Source: an uncultured Gammaproteobacteria bacterium
GTDB lineage: Bacteria; Pseudomonadota; Gammaproteobacteria; JACCXJ01
Assembly (NCBI GenBank): GCA_963764725.1
Contig: CAVXTM010000005.1
Coordinates: forward strand, 32,001 to 96,000
DNA: 64,000 nt
Reading direction: 5' to 3'
Position numbers and translations under genes: made by a program. The notes beneath the pieces were generated by a model. It saw nothing but the letters and a program-made list of their open reading frames with translations, did not search any database and was not told where the DNA came from. This document shows, in pieces, positions 10,600-19,777 of the stretch; the first letter of the stretch is position 1, and each line of letters begins with the position of its first letter.

Positions 10600-12162
10600 T
10601 CATGCATGAGCGGTATTGAGAGCAGGCATGACCACATACTCTCGGATAGCGAGTGCGCTGCTGAGCACACGACGCCCGAATGTCGTGAGGTAGTACTTGT
10701 AGCGATGTCCAATCTTTTTGATGAGGCCATGGGTGCGCAAGCGTTTCAACCAGTAGGAGGCACGGCCGGTGGAGAGATCCCGGAGATGGGCTCGGAGATC
10801 GGAGGCGCGAAAGCCGCTGATGTTCCACTCCCCGCGGGCGAGGGTAATAAAAAGGCTATGATCTTCACCGAGGAAGAGATTGAAGCCCCGATAGGAGCGG
10901 TCTTTCTCTCGTACAGGTTTGGCCATTTTGTCGATGGCGTGCAGAGCTGCATTGGGGTTATCGATGCTGGCCATGAAGCTGAGATAGCGTTCATTGGCAG
11001 CATGCATCAGCTCTCGCAGATCGGGGAGGCTATAGATGTTTTTTCGCAGGGGTGCGAGTTTGAATTGCTTGCGCCCATTGCGTTGTTCCACCCAACGGTG
11101 GTGTTTGAAGAAGGAGACATCGTTGGCGGTGCATTCCACCCGAGCCATGAGACTGAATTTATCGTAGAGCTTGAGGCTTGCTGGTCCCATATGATGGCGG
11201 ATGCGTGTACCCTGAATGCGGGTGTGAAAATCGTTACCGGCCTCCCCGCTGAAGGCCGAGGTGAGTTTGCGTCCCAAGAAGGTGGCGACGTGTTCTGCCT
11301 TGAGGGCATGCACGGCGGTACGCACGATGGCTTGATAGAGGGGTTGGAAATCGGCTTGGCGGTGGAAGATGACATCGGTCGAGAAAGCCAGGGCCAGGGA
11401 GTGGCCCTGCTTGGCGCGCCGAGGATGCAACTCCACCTGCATGCAGCTCCAGTGATAACCAGCGCGAAACTGACCCAAGATAGGACAGAAGCTTTTCGCC
11501 CATCGGTCCAAACGCCGATGCAAGCCTTTGGGATCGAGGCTATCGGCAAGCGCCTGAGCCTGTTGGGGATCGCCGATGGACAAGAAGGCATTATCGGCGC
11601 GCTCAAAGGCGATCCCTGTCTTGGTCAGTCGTTGGGCTAACCAGTGATGGCCGTTCAAATAGACCTGCAGGCGAAACGGTGCCCAGGTGGGTACTCGGAC
11701 ATAACAGAGCCCGAAGATCTCATCGATGAAATAGAAGTAATAATGCAAACACTTGCCCGGGGTAGACTTCAAACGGGTCGTATGCTGAAGCTTGTCATGC
11801 CAGGGGCGATACGAAGGACAGGCCTCCATCGCCGAGAAGATATGCACCAGCCCCGGGTGCTCACCGCGCAAAGCCAAAATCGCTTTGATCCGTTCTTCTT
11901 TACGAAACGCCTTGTAATGACGGATGAATTCAATTTCCAACGAAGCCTCAGCGGCCAGCCGCTCGGCATGGGTCCGAAGCGCCTCGCGCAGCGGTTCCGC
12001 CCAGCGGGGGTAGTCAAACAGACGCATACCCCGGACACCCAAATATCGGGCCATGGCCTCGGCATGGGCGATCTCCGGAAGCGTGCCAGTGATCACGATG
12101 CGGTCAAAGCAACAAAGCACCGCGGCGATCTTCGCTTGATGGCGTTCAACAAAGGGATTCAT
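10600..12162 (-). CDS. Putative transposase of unclassified family with C-terminal winged HTH and a probable 15-aa in-frame insertion
   Basis: FDRIVITGTL, KCLHYYFYFID..FGLCYVRVPTW, KLYDK..ARVE; C-terminal wHTH (LKRLRTHGLIKK..YYLT..G). Confidence 0.65.
   Translation of the reverse strand: MNPFVERHQAKIAAVLCCFDRIVITGTLPEIAHAEAMARYLGVRGMRLFDYPRWAEPLREALRTHAERLAAEASLEIEFIRHYKAFRKEERIKAILALRGEHPGLVHIFSAMEACPSYRPWHDKLQHTTRLKSTPGKCLHYYFYFIDEIFGLCYVRVPTWAPFRLQVYLNGHHWLAQRLTKTGIAFERADNAFLSIGDPQQAQALADSLDPKGLHRRLDRWAKSFCPILGQFRAGYHWSCMQVELHPRRAKQGHSLALAFSTDVIFHRQADFQPLYQAIVRTAVHALKAEHVATFLGRKLTSAFSGEAGNDFHTRIQGTRIRHHMGPASLKLYDKFSLMARVECTANDVSFFKHHRWVEQRNGRKQFKLAPLRKNIYSLPDLRELMHAANERYLSFMASIDNPNAALHAIDKMAKPVREKDRSYRGFNLFLGEDHSLFITLARGEWNISGFRASDLRAHLRDLSTGRASYWLKRLRTHGLIKKIGHRYKYYLTTFGRRVLSSALAIREYVVMPALNTAHA
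11386..11430. repeat. 45-nt hairpin module, copy 1 (in-frame in transposase)
   Basis: CAGGGCCA-GGGAG-TGGCCCTG followed by CTTGGCGCGCCGAGGATGCA; near-identical to 31737-31779. Confidence 0.85.
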
Positions 12163-12260
12163 GGTGACAACTCATCTCAATCTTTATTGCCCATCCGCCA
12201 GAATAGTACATTCAACACCTTGGTTCCGGCTATGCCGGGTTAGGTATAGGGGGTATCGCT

Positions 12261-14003
12261 ATGACGGGGTTAGCCTATAACACGGTTAGCGGCTCATCGG
12301 TCGCCATGCCGGCTGGAACTGATCCGTACGCCGAACGTATCTGGTTGAAAGCCTACCCGCAAGGCGTACCGGCCGACATCGGTATCGAAAGATACTCCTC
12401 TCTAGTGGACCAATTTGAGCAATGCTTTACTCGCTATGGTACGCGCCCCGCATTCGCGAACATGGGCGGCGTCCTGACCTATTCCGCGCTCGATGAGATG
12501 AGCAGGGCGTTCGCAGCGTTTCTGCAAGGCCCTCTCGGGCTCAAACCCGGCGCCCGCATCGCCATCATGCTACCGAACCTGCTTCAATTTCCCGTGGCGC
12601 TCATTGGCGCATTGCGAGCGGGATTGATCGTCGTGAACACGAATCCCTTGTATACGCCCCGCGAACTGCATCACCAGCTTGTGGATTCGGGCGCCTCGGC
12701 CATCGTGATCCTGAGCAATTGTGCCCACGTGTTGGAGAAAGCTCTGTCTGGTTCTCGTGTTGAAAACGTCATAATCACCGATCTGGGAGACCTCCTACCC
12801 TGGCCACGACGCGCGATCATTAACTTTGTGGTAAAGCGGATCAAGCGCCTCGTACCCAAGTATGAGATCAGAGGAGCATTCAATTTCAGGGAAGCCCTTG
12901 ACGTCGGTAAGGGACTCAAACTCGATCGGGTGTCGATCGGTCACGCCGACGTCGCCATGCTGCAGTATACCGGCGGGACGACGGCTATCCCTAAAGCCGC
13001 TATGCTAACGCATGGAAATCTAGTCGCAAATACCTTGCAATCGCTGGTGTGGCACGATCCCATCGTAGGCGATGGCGACGAAGTCGTGATTACCGCGATA
13101 CCGCTCTATCATATTTTCGCGTTCACGATCAATTGCTTGACCTTCCTCGAGCTTGGCGCGTTGAATCGTCTGATCACGGACCCACGCAATCTAAAAGCAT
13201 TTGTAAGTGAGCTGCGCGCGTCCAGGTTTACGTGCATCACCGGAGTCAACACCCTATTCAATCACCTCATGAATACGCCGGGGTTCAGGGATCTCGATTT
13301 CTCCGGTCTCAAGATCTGCGTGGGCGGAGGCATGGCCGTCCAGCGCGCCATCGCCGAGCGCTGGAAAGCAATGACGAATTGTATATTGATCGAGGGTTAC
13401 GGCCTGACCGAGACCTCCCCCTTGGCATGCGTGAACCCCTTGGACATCAAGGAGTTCAGCGGCAGTATCGGCCTCCCTGTGCCTTCGACCGAATGCAGCA
13501 TTCGTGACGACAGCGGAGCGCCGGTGTCGCTGGGAAGCGTCGGGGAACTATGGATCCGCGGTCCACAAGTGATGAAGGGCTATTGGAATCAGCCCGCCGA
13601 GACGGCCAAAGTGCTAACCTCCGATGGATGGCTGAAAACGGGCGACATCGCGAGCATGGATGAGCGCGGGTTTATGCGCTTGGTAGATCGCAAGAAAGAT
13701 CTGATCCTGGTGTCAGGATTCAACGTTTGTCCCAGCGAGATCGAGGAGGTCGTAATGGCGCACCCAGGGGTTCTCGAGGCGGCGGTGGTCGGGGTGCCGG
13801 ATGAGGACACCGGCGAGGCCGTCAAGCTGGTACTGGTGCGCCGCGATCCAGCCCTAAGCGCGCAAGAGCTACAAGCGTATTGCAAGGAAAATCTCGTCAC
13901 TTACAAACTACCGAAACATATCGAGTTTCGCGACCAGCTTCCAAAGTCGAGCGTGGGCAAGATCCTCCGCCGCGTCCTGCGCGAGGCGCAGGCTGCTGGC
14001 TAA
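12261..14003 (+). CDS. fadD: Long-chain-fatty-acid--CoA ligase
   Basis: LQYTGGTT..PK, EGYGLTETSP, WLKTGDIA, DRKKDLILVSGFNV. Confidence 0.9.
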   Translation: MTGLAYNTVSGSSVAMPAGTDPYAERIWLKAYPQGVPADIGIERYSSLVDQFEQCFTRYGTRPAFANMGGVLTYSALDEMSRAFAAFLQGPLGLKPGARIAIMLPNLLQFPVALIGALRAGLIVVNTNPLYTPRELHHQLVDSGASAIVILSNCAHVLEKALSGSRVENVIITDLGDLLPWPRRAIINFVVKRIKRLVPKYEIRGAFNFREALDVGKGLKLDRVSIGHADVAMLQYTGGTTAIPKAAMLTHGNLVANTLQSLVWHDPIVGDGDEVVITAIPLYHIFAFTINCLTFLELGALNRLITDPRNLKAFVSELRASRFTCITGVNTLFNHLMNTPGFRDLDFSGLKICVGGGMAVQRAIAERWKAMTNCILIEGYGLTETSPLACVNPLDIKEFSGSIGLPVPSTECSIRDDSGAPVSLGSVGELWIRGPQVMKGYWNQPAETAKVLTSDGWLKTGDIASMDERGFMRLVDRKKDLILVSGFNVCPSEIEEVVMAHPGVLEAAVVGVPDEDTGEAVKLVLVRRDPALSAQELQAYCKENLVTYKLPKHIEFRDQLPKSSVGKILRRVLREAQAAG

Positions 14004-14050
14004 GCGTCGAGATGCGCCCCGGCGCGTCCGCTCGTTAGAGCGATAAGAAT

Positions 14051-15559
14051 ATGAGCTCACGCTTTGCCGGCCTCGCGGTCGCCCTGCTATTCTCGATCGC
14101 AGCGGCGGGCGATCCGCTCACCCCCGGCAGCGCCTTGGAGCGCAGTGGATACATGCGCCTGACCACCTCCGCCGAGGTCAGCAAGTTCTTGGGCCAACTC
14201 GCATTGCTTTCGCCTTTCGTGCGTAAGGAACAAATAGGCCGCTCCGCCGGTGGGCGGTCCATCGACGCCGTATGGATTTCCAAGCCACCGCCCGTGCGCG
14301 CCAGCAAGAACACTTCGTTGCCGCGCCTGACTATTTTGCTTGTCGGCACGCAGCACGGAACCGAACCTTCGGGCGGGGAGGCGCTGCTGCTGATCGCGCG
14401 AAGGCTTGCGCTGGGCGATCTGAACTCGCTGCTCAATGGTGCGGATTTCATCATCGTACCAAACGCCAACCCCGACGGACGTGATCTCCATCGGCGCGTC
14501 AACGCCAATAATGTGAATTTGAGCACGGATTTCGTGCTTTTATCTCAGCCCGAAAGCCGCGCGATCAATGATCTGCTCTTGCGCGTACGGCCGGAAGTCG
14601 TGCTCGATGTCCATGAATCCGCGATACTGAAAAAGAAAACCCTCGGCCGTGAGGGCTACCTAACGGACTTCAATGCCCAGTTCGAGATCGGGAACAACGC
14701 TAACATCGCGCCCGAGATCAGGCGCCTGAGTCTCGACCGCTTGCTGCCCGAAATTGTGCGCGAAGTTCGACGCCGCGGCTTGCCGGCCCAGCGTTACATT
14801 GGCGAGATCACGAGTATTCGCCAGCCGCTTACCAACGGTGGTTTGTCCCTTAAGAACTTGCGTAACAAGGCCGGAATGCTGGACGCCTTGTCGTTTCTGG
14901 TCGAGAATCGCCTGGATCCGCCGGGGAACTACCCGACGCATAGAAACATCCGCGAGCGCGTTGTTGAGCAGATCCTCTGTATTGAAACCTTCCTTAAGGT
15001 CGTCCGCGCGCATGCACAGGCGATCATGGGGATAACACGCGCGGTCCGAATGGCGCCTATGCCCCGATCGGTGTATTTGTACACGGCTTATGAAAGAAAT
15101 AAAACCCAACCGCGCATGTCCTTGAAGTTGCGGCGGCGCGATACGGGGTTGGCGGAGAAGCGGTGGTTCGACGATCATCGCGCGGTAGCCACGGCGCATA
15201 AATTAAACCCACCGCAAGCCTATGTCGTCACGGCTCATGAGCAACCCGTCGCGGCGGTTTTAACGCGGCACCATCTCAGGTATAAGAAGATTACCAACCG
15301 GCGTAAGCTCGCGGTGTATGCGCAGAAAATAGAAGCGGATGGCAAGCCCTTGAAACCGGACGAGCCAGCGGCTATTCACGCGTACCCGGTCGAGCTTTTC
15401 CTAGAACCGGGCGATCTGTGGATCGAGGCGCGCCAACCGGAGGGTTTGATCTTACCCTTGCTGTTGGATCCTCGTTCCACCAGCGGTATTTTCGCCTACC
15501 CCCCGTTTAACGCCGGGTTGCGCCGGGGACGGGAATTTTTCGTCTATCGCGTGCCATAG
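14051..15559 (+). CDS. Secreted M14 zinc carboxypeptidase
   Basis: Signal peptide; QHGTE (HxxE), NPDG, RRVNAN, LDVHE. Confidence 0.85.
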   Translation: MSSRFAGLAVALLFSIAAAGDPLTPGSALERSGYMRLTTSAEVSKFLGQLALLSPFVRKEQIGRSAGGRSIDAVWISKPPPVRASKNTSLPRLTILLVGTQHGTEPSGGEALLLIARRLALGDLNSLLNGADFIIVPNANPDGRDLHRRVNANNVNLSTDFVLLSQPESRAINDLLLRVRPEVVLDVHESAILKKKTLGREGYLTDFNAQFEIGNNANIAPEIRRLSLDRLLPEIVREVRRRGLPAQRYIGEITSIRQPLTNGGLSLKNLRNKAGMLDALSFLVENRLDPPGNYPTHRNIRERVVEQILCIETFLKVVRAHAQAIMGITRAVRMAPMPRSVYLYTAYERNKTQPRMSLKLRRRDTGLAEKRWFDDHRAVATAHKLNPPQAYVVTAHEQPVAAVLTRHHLRYKKITNRRKLAVYAQKIEADGKPLKPDEPAAIHAYPVELFLEPGDLWIEARQPEGLILPLLLDPRSTSGIFAYPPFNAGLRRGREFFVYRVP

Positions 15560-15588
15560 CCTGCTGAGCGCAGCGCGCGGCGTGCTCT

Positions 15589-17166
15589 CTAGAACTGCCG
15601 GGCGGACAAAGCATCCGGATCTGGCATGATCGACTTCCTTGCCCCAGCCGATGCGGCGATTTGCGTCAAGATCTCCTCGGCCATACGCTGGGCTGCAATT
15701 AGACTCGGACCTTGGACTGTTTCCTTAAGCAGTTTGAGCGGTTCGTGGGCGTCCTGTGAACCATGCTTAGCAGCTACTTCGCACCACGCGTAGGCACGCA
15801 CGCGATCCGGATCGACGCCGCGGCCAATGGCATATGATAAGCACAAGAAGTATTGAGCGTCGGCTACGCCTTGCATCGCCGCCTCGCGATACCAACGAAC
15901 GGCGTACGCGTGGTTTTGCGCCGTTCCCCGGCCCTGCCCAAACATCAGCCCCAGATTGTACTGCGCGTTGCCATGGCCCAGTTGCGCCGCTTGTTGGAGC
16001 GAAGCGAAGGCCTTTTCATCGTCCACGGGCGTGTTTTCGCCATTGCGGTAGGCCATACCTTCTTCGAATAATGCGTCGGCTTTGTTCGATTGTTCAGCCG
16101 GAACCGCGCTTGGACCAGACACCACCGGAACGGTGGGGGTGCTCGCGGGTGGGTTTTCCCTTGACGCGAGTGGCGGGGCGGCGCCGCGTTGCGTCGCGAA
16201 TCCGGCGACAATGGCGATCGCGGCGCCGATCCCGAGCGCGCCCCAGACTGCACGGCGCCCCCAGGAGGATTGAACGTGAACATTCACGGGAGGTGGAGCA
16301 TATTGCGCCTCTTCGCTGTCCGTGACCGCGGTGGCCAGCAATATCGTTTTGGTATCCGTGTTACGCGGCGTAGGGCGGTTTCGCAGGTGCTGCAGGTGAG
16401 TCAGCAACTCGTCGACGTCGGCGTAACGATCCTCGGTCCCTTTGGCCGTCATGCGCCCGACGATCTCCTCGAAATGCGCGTGCATTTCGGGCAAGGCTGG
16501 CATCGGCTCGTTTATGTGCTTTACGATGGTCTTGATATCGGACTCGTCATCGAAAGGTTTCACGCCGGTCAGCATCTCATAGAACACGATACCGAGGCTG
16601 TAGATATCGGAGCGGCAATCAACCTCTCTACCCTGGGCCTGCTCGGGGCTCATGTAGTGCGGGCTGCCCATGATCGTTCCGGTGAGGGTGACATTCCTTT
16701 CCAGGCCGATCTGCTTGGCAATCCCAAAATCGGTAAGAATTGGAATGGCCTCCTCCCGGAACAGGATGTTGGCGGGTTTCACGTCTCGGTGCACCATGTT
16801 TCTTCGATGCGCGAGCCTGAGCGCACTCGCCATCTGCTCGATCACGTCGAGGGCGAACGCCGGGCCGAGGCCGCCTTTGATTCTCTGCTTCAGATCGCCC
16901 CCCTCGATATACTCCATCGAGATATAATGCAGCCCGTTCGCGATCCCGATATCATGAATGGTAATGATGTTCGTATGCGAAAGTTGCGCGACGGTGCGGC
17001 CCTCGTTGAGAAAACGCTCGGAAAATTCCGGGGCGTCAAAATTGGTTAGGATCTTAAGAGCCACCGCGCGGTGCAGCGATTCTTGAATCGCGAGGTACAC
17101 GGAGGCCATCCCGCCCTTGCCGATGCGGCGCTCGATTCTGTATCCAGGGATGATGTTGGGGTTCAT
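15589..17166 (-). CDS. Membrane Ser/Thr protein kinase with C-terminal Sel1-like repeats
   Basis: IGKGGMASVY, HRDVKPAN, DFG, SPEQ; TM helix; AQYNLGLMF..G.G Sel1 repeats. Confidence 0.92.
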   Translation of the reverse strand: MNPNIIPGYRIERRIGKGGMASVYLAIQESLHRAVALKILTNFDAPEFSERFLNEGRTVAQLSHTNIITIHDIGIANGLHYISMEYIEGGDLKQRIKGGLGPAFALDVIEQMASALRLAHRRNMVHRDVKPANILFREEAIPILTDFGIAKQIGLERNVTLTGTIMGSPHYMSPEQAQGREVDCRSDIYSLGIVFYEMLTGVKPFDDESDIKTIVKHINEPMPALPEMHAHFEEIVGRMTAKGTEDRYADVDELLTHLQHLRNRPTPRNTDTKTILLATAVTDSEEAQYAPPPVNVHVQSSWGRRAVWGALGIGAAIAIVAGFATQRGAAPPLASRENPPASTPTVPVVSGPSAVPAEQSNKADALFEEGMAYRNGENTPVDDEKAFASLQQAAQLGHGNAQYNLGLMFGQGRGTAQNHAYAVRWYREAAMQGVADAQYFLCLSYAIGRGVDPDRVRAYAWCEVAAKHGSQDAHEPLKLLKETVQGPSLIAAQRMAEEILTQIAASAGARKSIMPDPDALSARQF

Positions 17167-17413
17167 AGTCTCAAAGTCTGCGATGGGTTACGGGCAAGCT
17201 GAGTGTGGCCCAGCGGCGCCCTAATCCGCGGTCCTGGAATTGCGATATACCCCTGGATTTAGGACACAGCTCACTCGAAAAGGTGTTGGCGATATATCGT
17301 GCATATCGAGGAAGTTCTTTAAAGTTGTCGGCGTGGTTCAGGTTAACGAATTCGAGCGATGCGCCCGTGGACTGGGGATGCGGCCTGCATGCGCGCGGAG
17401 GGAATAACTTTGT

Positions 17414-17956
17414 ATGAAGATTAGGATTTACCGGGACAAGACACCGCGGATCGCGGCGACGGCCTTCGTCGATGCCACCGCCGTTGTGATCGGCGATGTT
17501 ACTATCGGTGCGCACAGCTCCTTATGGCCTATGGCCGTTGCGCGTGGGGACGTGAACGCGATCGTCATCGGCGATTACACCAATGTTCAAGACGGGACCG
17601 TCGTCCACACTACCTCGGACAGCATGTATTCTCCCGGAGGTTACACGGTCACGATCGGCAATCATGTCACCGTCGGCCATCGCGCCGTGATCCACGGCTG
17701 CCGAATCGAGGACTATTGCCTCATCGGCATGTCGGCGACGGTCATGGACGGCGCCGTCTTGGAAGCGGGGTTAATCCTGGGAGCGGGGAGTCTGGTGCCG
17801 AGTGGCAAAGTGCTTCAAGGAGGGTATCTTTGGATCGGGAGTCCCGCGCGCAAGTCACGTCCGCTAACGGAGGTGGAGCAGAGCTACCTTTCGGATTCGG
17901 CTGCTCATTATGTCAATTTGAAAGACCGATATCTGGGGATGCCTGGTCATGAATGA
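17414..17956 (+). CDS. Gamma carbonic anhydrase family protein (YrdA-like)
   Basis: Hexapeptide repeats; RGDVN, NVQDGTVVH, GH.AVIHGC. Confidence 0.92.
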   Translation: MKIRIYRDKTPRIAATAFVDATAVVIGDVTIGAHSSLWPMAVARGDVNAIVIGDYTNVQDGTVVHTTSDSMYSPGGYTVTIGNHVTVGHRAVIHGCRIEDYCLIGMSATVMDGAVLEAGLILGAGSLVPSGKVLQGGYLWIGSPARKSRPLTEVEQSYLSDSAAHYVNLKDRYLGMPGHE

Positions 17957-18007
17957 ACCGGCATGCGTAGCGCCGGTGATCGTTATACGTTTGTCCCAAT
18001 GGCGTGC

Positions 18008-19045
18008 ATGGAATTAACCATTAGAAAACCCGATGATCTGCACGTTCACCTCCGGGACGGACCGTGGATGGCGAACGTATTGCCGCACACCGCAATGCGT
18101 TTCTCTCGCGCCGTGGTGATGCCGAATCTCGACCCGCCCGTCACTTCCACGGCCGCGGCCTTGGCTTACCGCGCCCGCATCCTTGATGCACTGCCTCGCG
18201 GCTTGCGCTTCGAGCCGCTCATGACGCTCTATCTCACCGCGGAGACCAGTATCGAGGAGATCCGAAAGGCCAAGATAAGCGGGCTTGTGGTGGCGGTAAA
18301 ATACTACCCGGCCGGGGCGACGACTCATTCGAACCGCGGCGTAGCCGACATCCGCAGGGTGTATCCGGTGCTCGCGGAGCTTGAGAACCTCGGCATGCCC
18401 TTGCTCCTGCACGGTGAGGTTGTCGATCCTACCGTTGATGCCTTCGACCGCGAGCGTGTTTTCATCGAACGGGTGTTGAGCGAGATCATCCGGCGGTTTC
18501 CCGGTCTGAAGCTGGTGTTGGAGCACATTACGACGCGCGCGGCGGTCGAATACGTATGCGTCGGCCCCGCGACCTTGGCAGCCACGATCACCGCGCATCA
18601 TTTGCTGCTCAACCGCAATGCCCTGTTCCAGGGCGGCCTGCAACCGCATCACTATTGTTTGCCCTTGCTCAAAACCGAGGAAGACCGGCGGGCATTGGTG
18701 CAGGCCGCGACCAGTGCCAACCCGAAGTTTTTTCTCGGCACCGACAGCGCGCCGCACGCGCGCGTGGCCAAGGAGCGGGCCTGTGGATGCGCCGGGATTT
18801 ATACCGCGCACGCGGCCTTGGAGCTTTACGCGGAAGTTTTCGATGAGGCGGGGAGGCTGGATCACCTCGATGGATTCGCAAGCGGCCACGGTGCGGCGTT
18901 TTACGGATTACCGAAGACCAGCGAGACGCTTGCGCTCCGTAAGGCGCCCATGACCGTCCCACGTAAGTACCCATTCGGAAATGATGAGCTAATACCCTTT
19001 CGGGCCGGAGCGGCCTGTGATTGGACCCTGGTGACGCATGAGTAG
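18008..19045 (+). CDS. pyrC: Dihydroorotase (type II)
   Basis: PDDLHVHLRDG, KYYPAGATT, LEHITT, FLGTDSAPH. Confidence 0.97.
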   Translation: MELTIRKPDDLHVHLRDGPWMANVLPHTAMRFSRAVVMPNLDPPVTSTAAALAYRARILDALPRGLRFEPLMTLYLTAETSIEEIRKAKISGLVVAVKYYPAGATTHSNRGVADIRRVYPVLAELENLGMPLLLHGEVVDPTVDAFDRERVFIERVLSEIIRRFPGLKLVLEHITTRAAVEYVCVGPATLAATITAHHLLLNRNALFQGGLQPHHYCLPLLKTEEDRRALVQAATSANPKFFLGTDSAPHARVAKERACGCAGIYTAHAALELYAEVFDEAGRLDHLDGFASGHGAAFYGLPKTSETLALRKAPMTVPRKYPFGNDELIPFRAGAACDWTLVTHE

Positions 19046-19664
19046 CGATATGCGATCTCGGCGCCTGATGGCGTCGCGTTTCCGTGGTTTCTTGCCCGTC
19101 GTTGTAGATGTAGAAACCGGCGGTTTCGATCCAGCGACTAACGCCTTGCTGGAGATAGCCGCCGTGGCGGTAATGAGCGACGAGAGGGGCGAATGGCGGC
19201 GCGAAAAGACGGTCGCCTGTCATGTACAACCGTTTCCGGGCGCTCATCTCAATCAGGCTTCCTTGAAGTTTACGGGGATCGATCCGCACCACCCGTTCCG
19301 CTTTGCCGTGCCCGAGCATGAGGCCTTGGAGAGTATTTTCGAGTTTGTACGTCAGGTGGTCGCCAAAACGGGCTGCACTCGAGCGATCTTGGTGGGACAC
19401 AACCCCTCTTTTGATCTGGCTTTTATCAAAGCGGCGGTCGCGCGGACGGGTATCAAGCGCAACCCGTTTCACTCGTTCAGCACCTTTGATACCGCGACCC
19501 TCGGGGGCCTGGCCGTCGGCCAGACGGTGTTATCGCGCGCGGTCCAAGCGGCAGGGTTAGATTGGGATGATACCGAAGCGCATACCGCGATCTACGATGC
19601 CGAGCGTACGGCGGACCTTTTTTGCGCAGTGTTGAATAAATGGAACGAGCTAGCGGGTGTTTAG
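19038..19664 (+). CDS. rnt: Ribonuclease T
   Basis: RFRGFLPVVVDVETGGF, RNPFH.FSTFDTATL, AHTAIYD; downstream of pyrC. Confidence 0.97.
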   Translation: MSSDMRSRRLMASRFRGFLPVVVDVETGGFDPATNALLEIAAVAVMSDERGEWRREKTVACHVQPFPGAHLNQASLKFTGIDPHHPFRFAVPEHEALESIFEFVRQVVAKTGCTRAILVGHNPSFDLAFIKAAVARTGIKRNPFHSFSTFDTATLGGLAVGQTVLSRAVQAAGLDWDDTEAHTAIYDAERTADLFCAVLNKWNELAGV

Positions 19665-19777
19665 AAACGTTGAAATGCGGGATGGCGGCATGAACAACAG
19701 CAAGAGGTGGTCCATGAAACTGTATCATTTTCCAGTCTCCCCGAATTCGCGGCGGTCGGCGCCTCCCGCCTAGAATA

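Larger units (their letters stand above)
10560..12243 (-). mobile_element. Unclassified insertion element bounded by TTAG, with terminal hairpin and no terminal inverted repeats
   Basis: TTAG at 10556-10559 and 12240-12243; hairpin CCGGC-TAT-GCCGG at 12226-12238; single large ORF between unrelated housekeeping genes; left boundary inferred. Confidence 0.6.

Noticed and set aside
10570-12243. Long + strand ORFs (356 and 199 aa)
   Set aside because: Antisense shadows of the 520-aa gene with no recognisable motifs.
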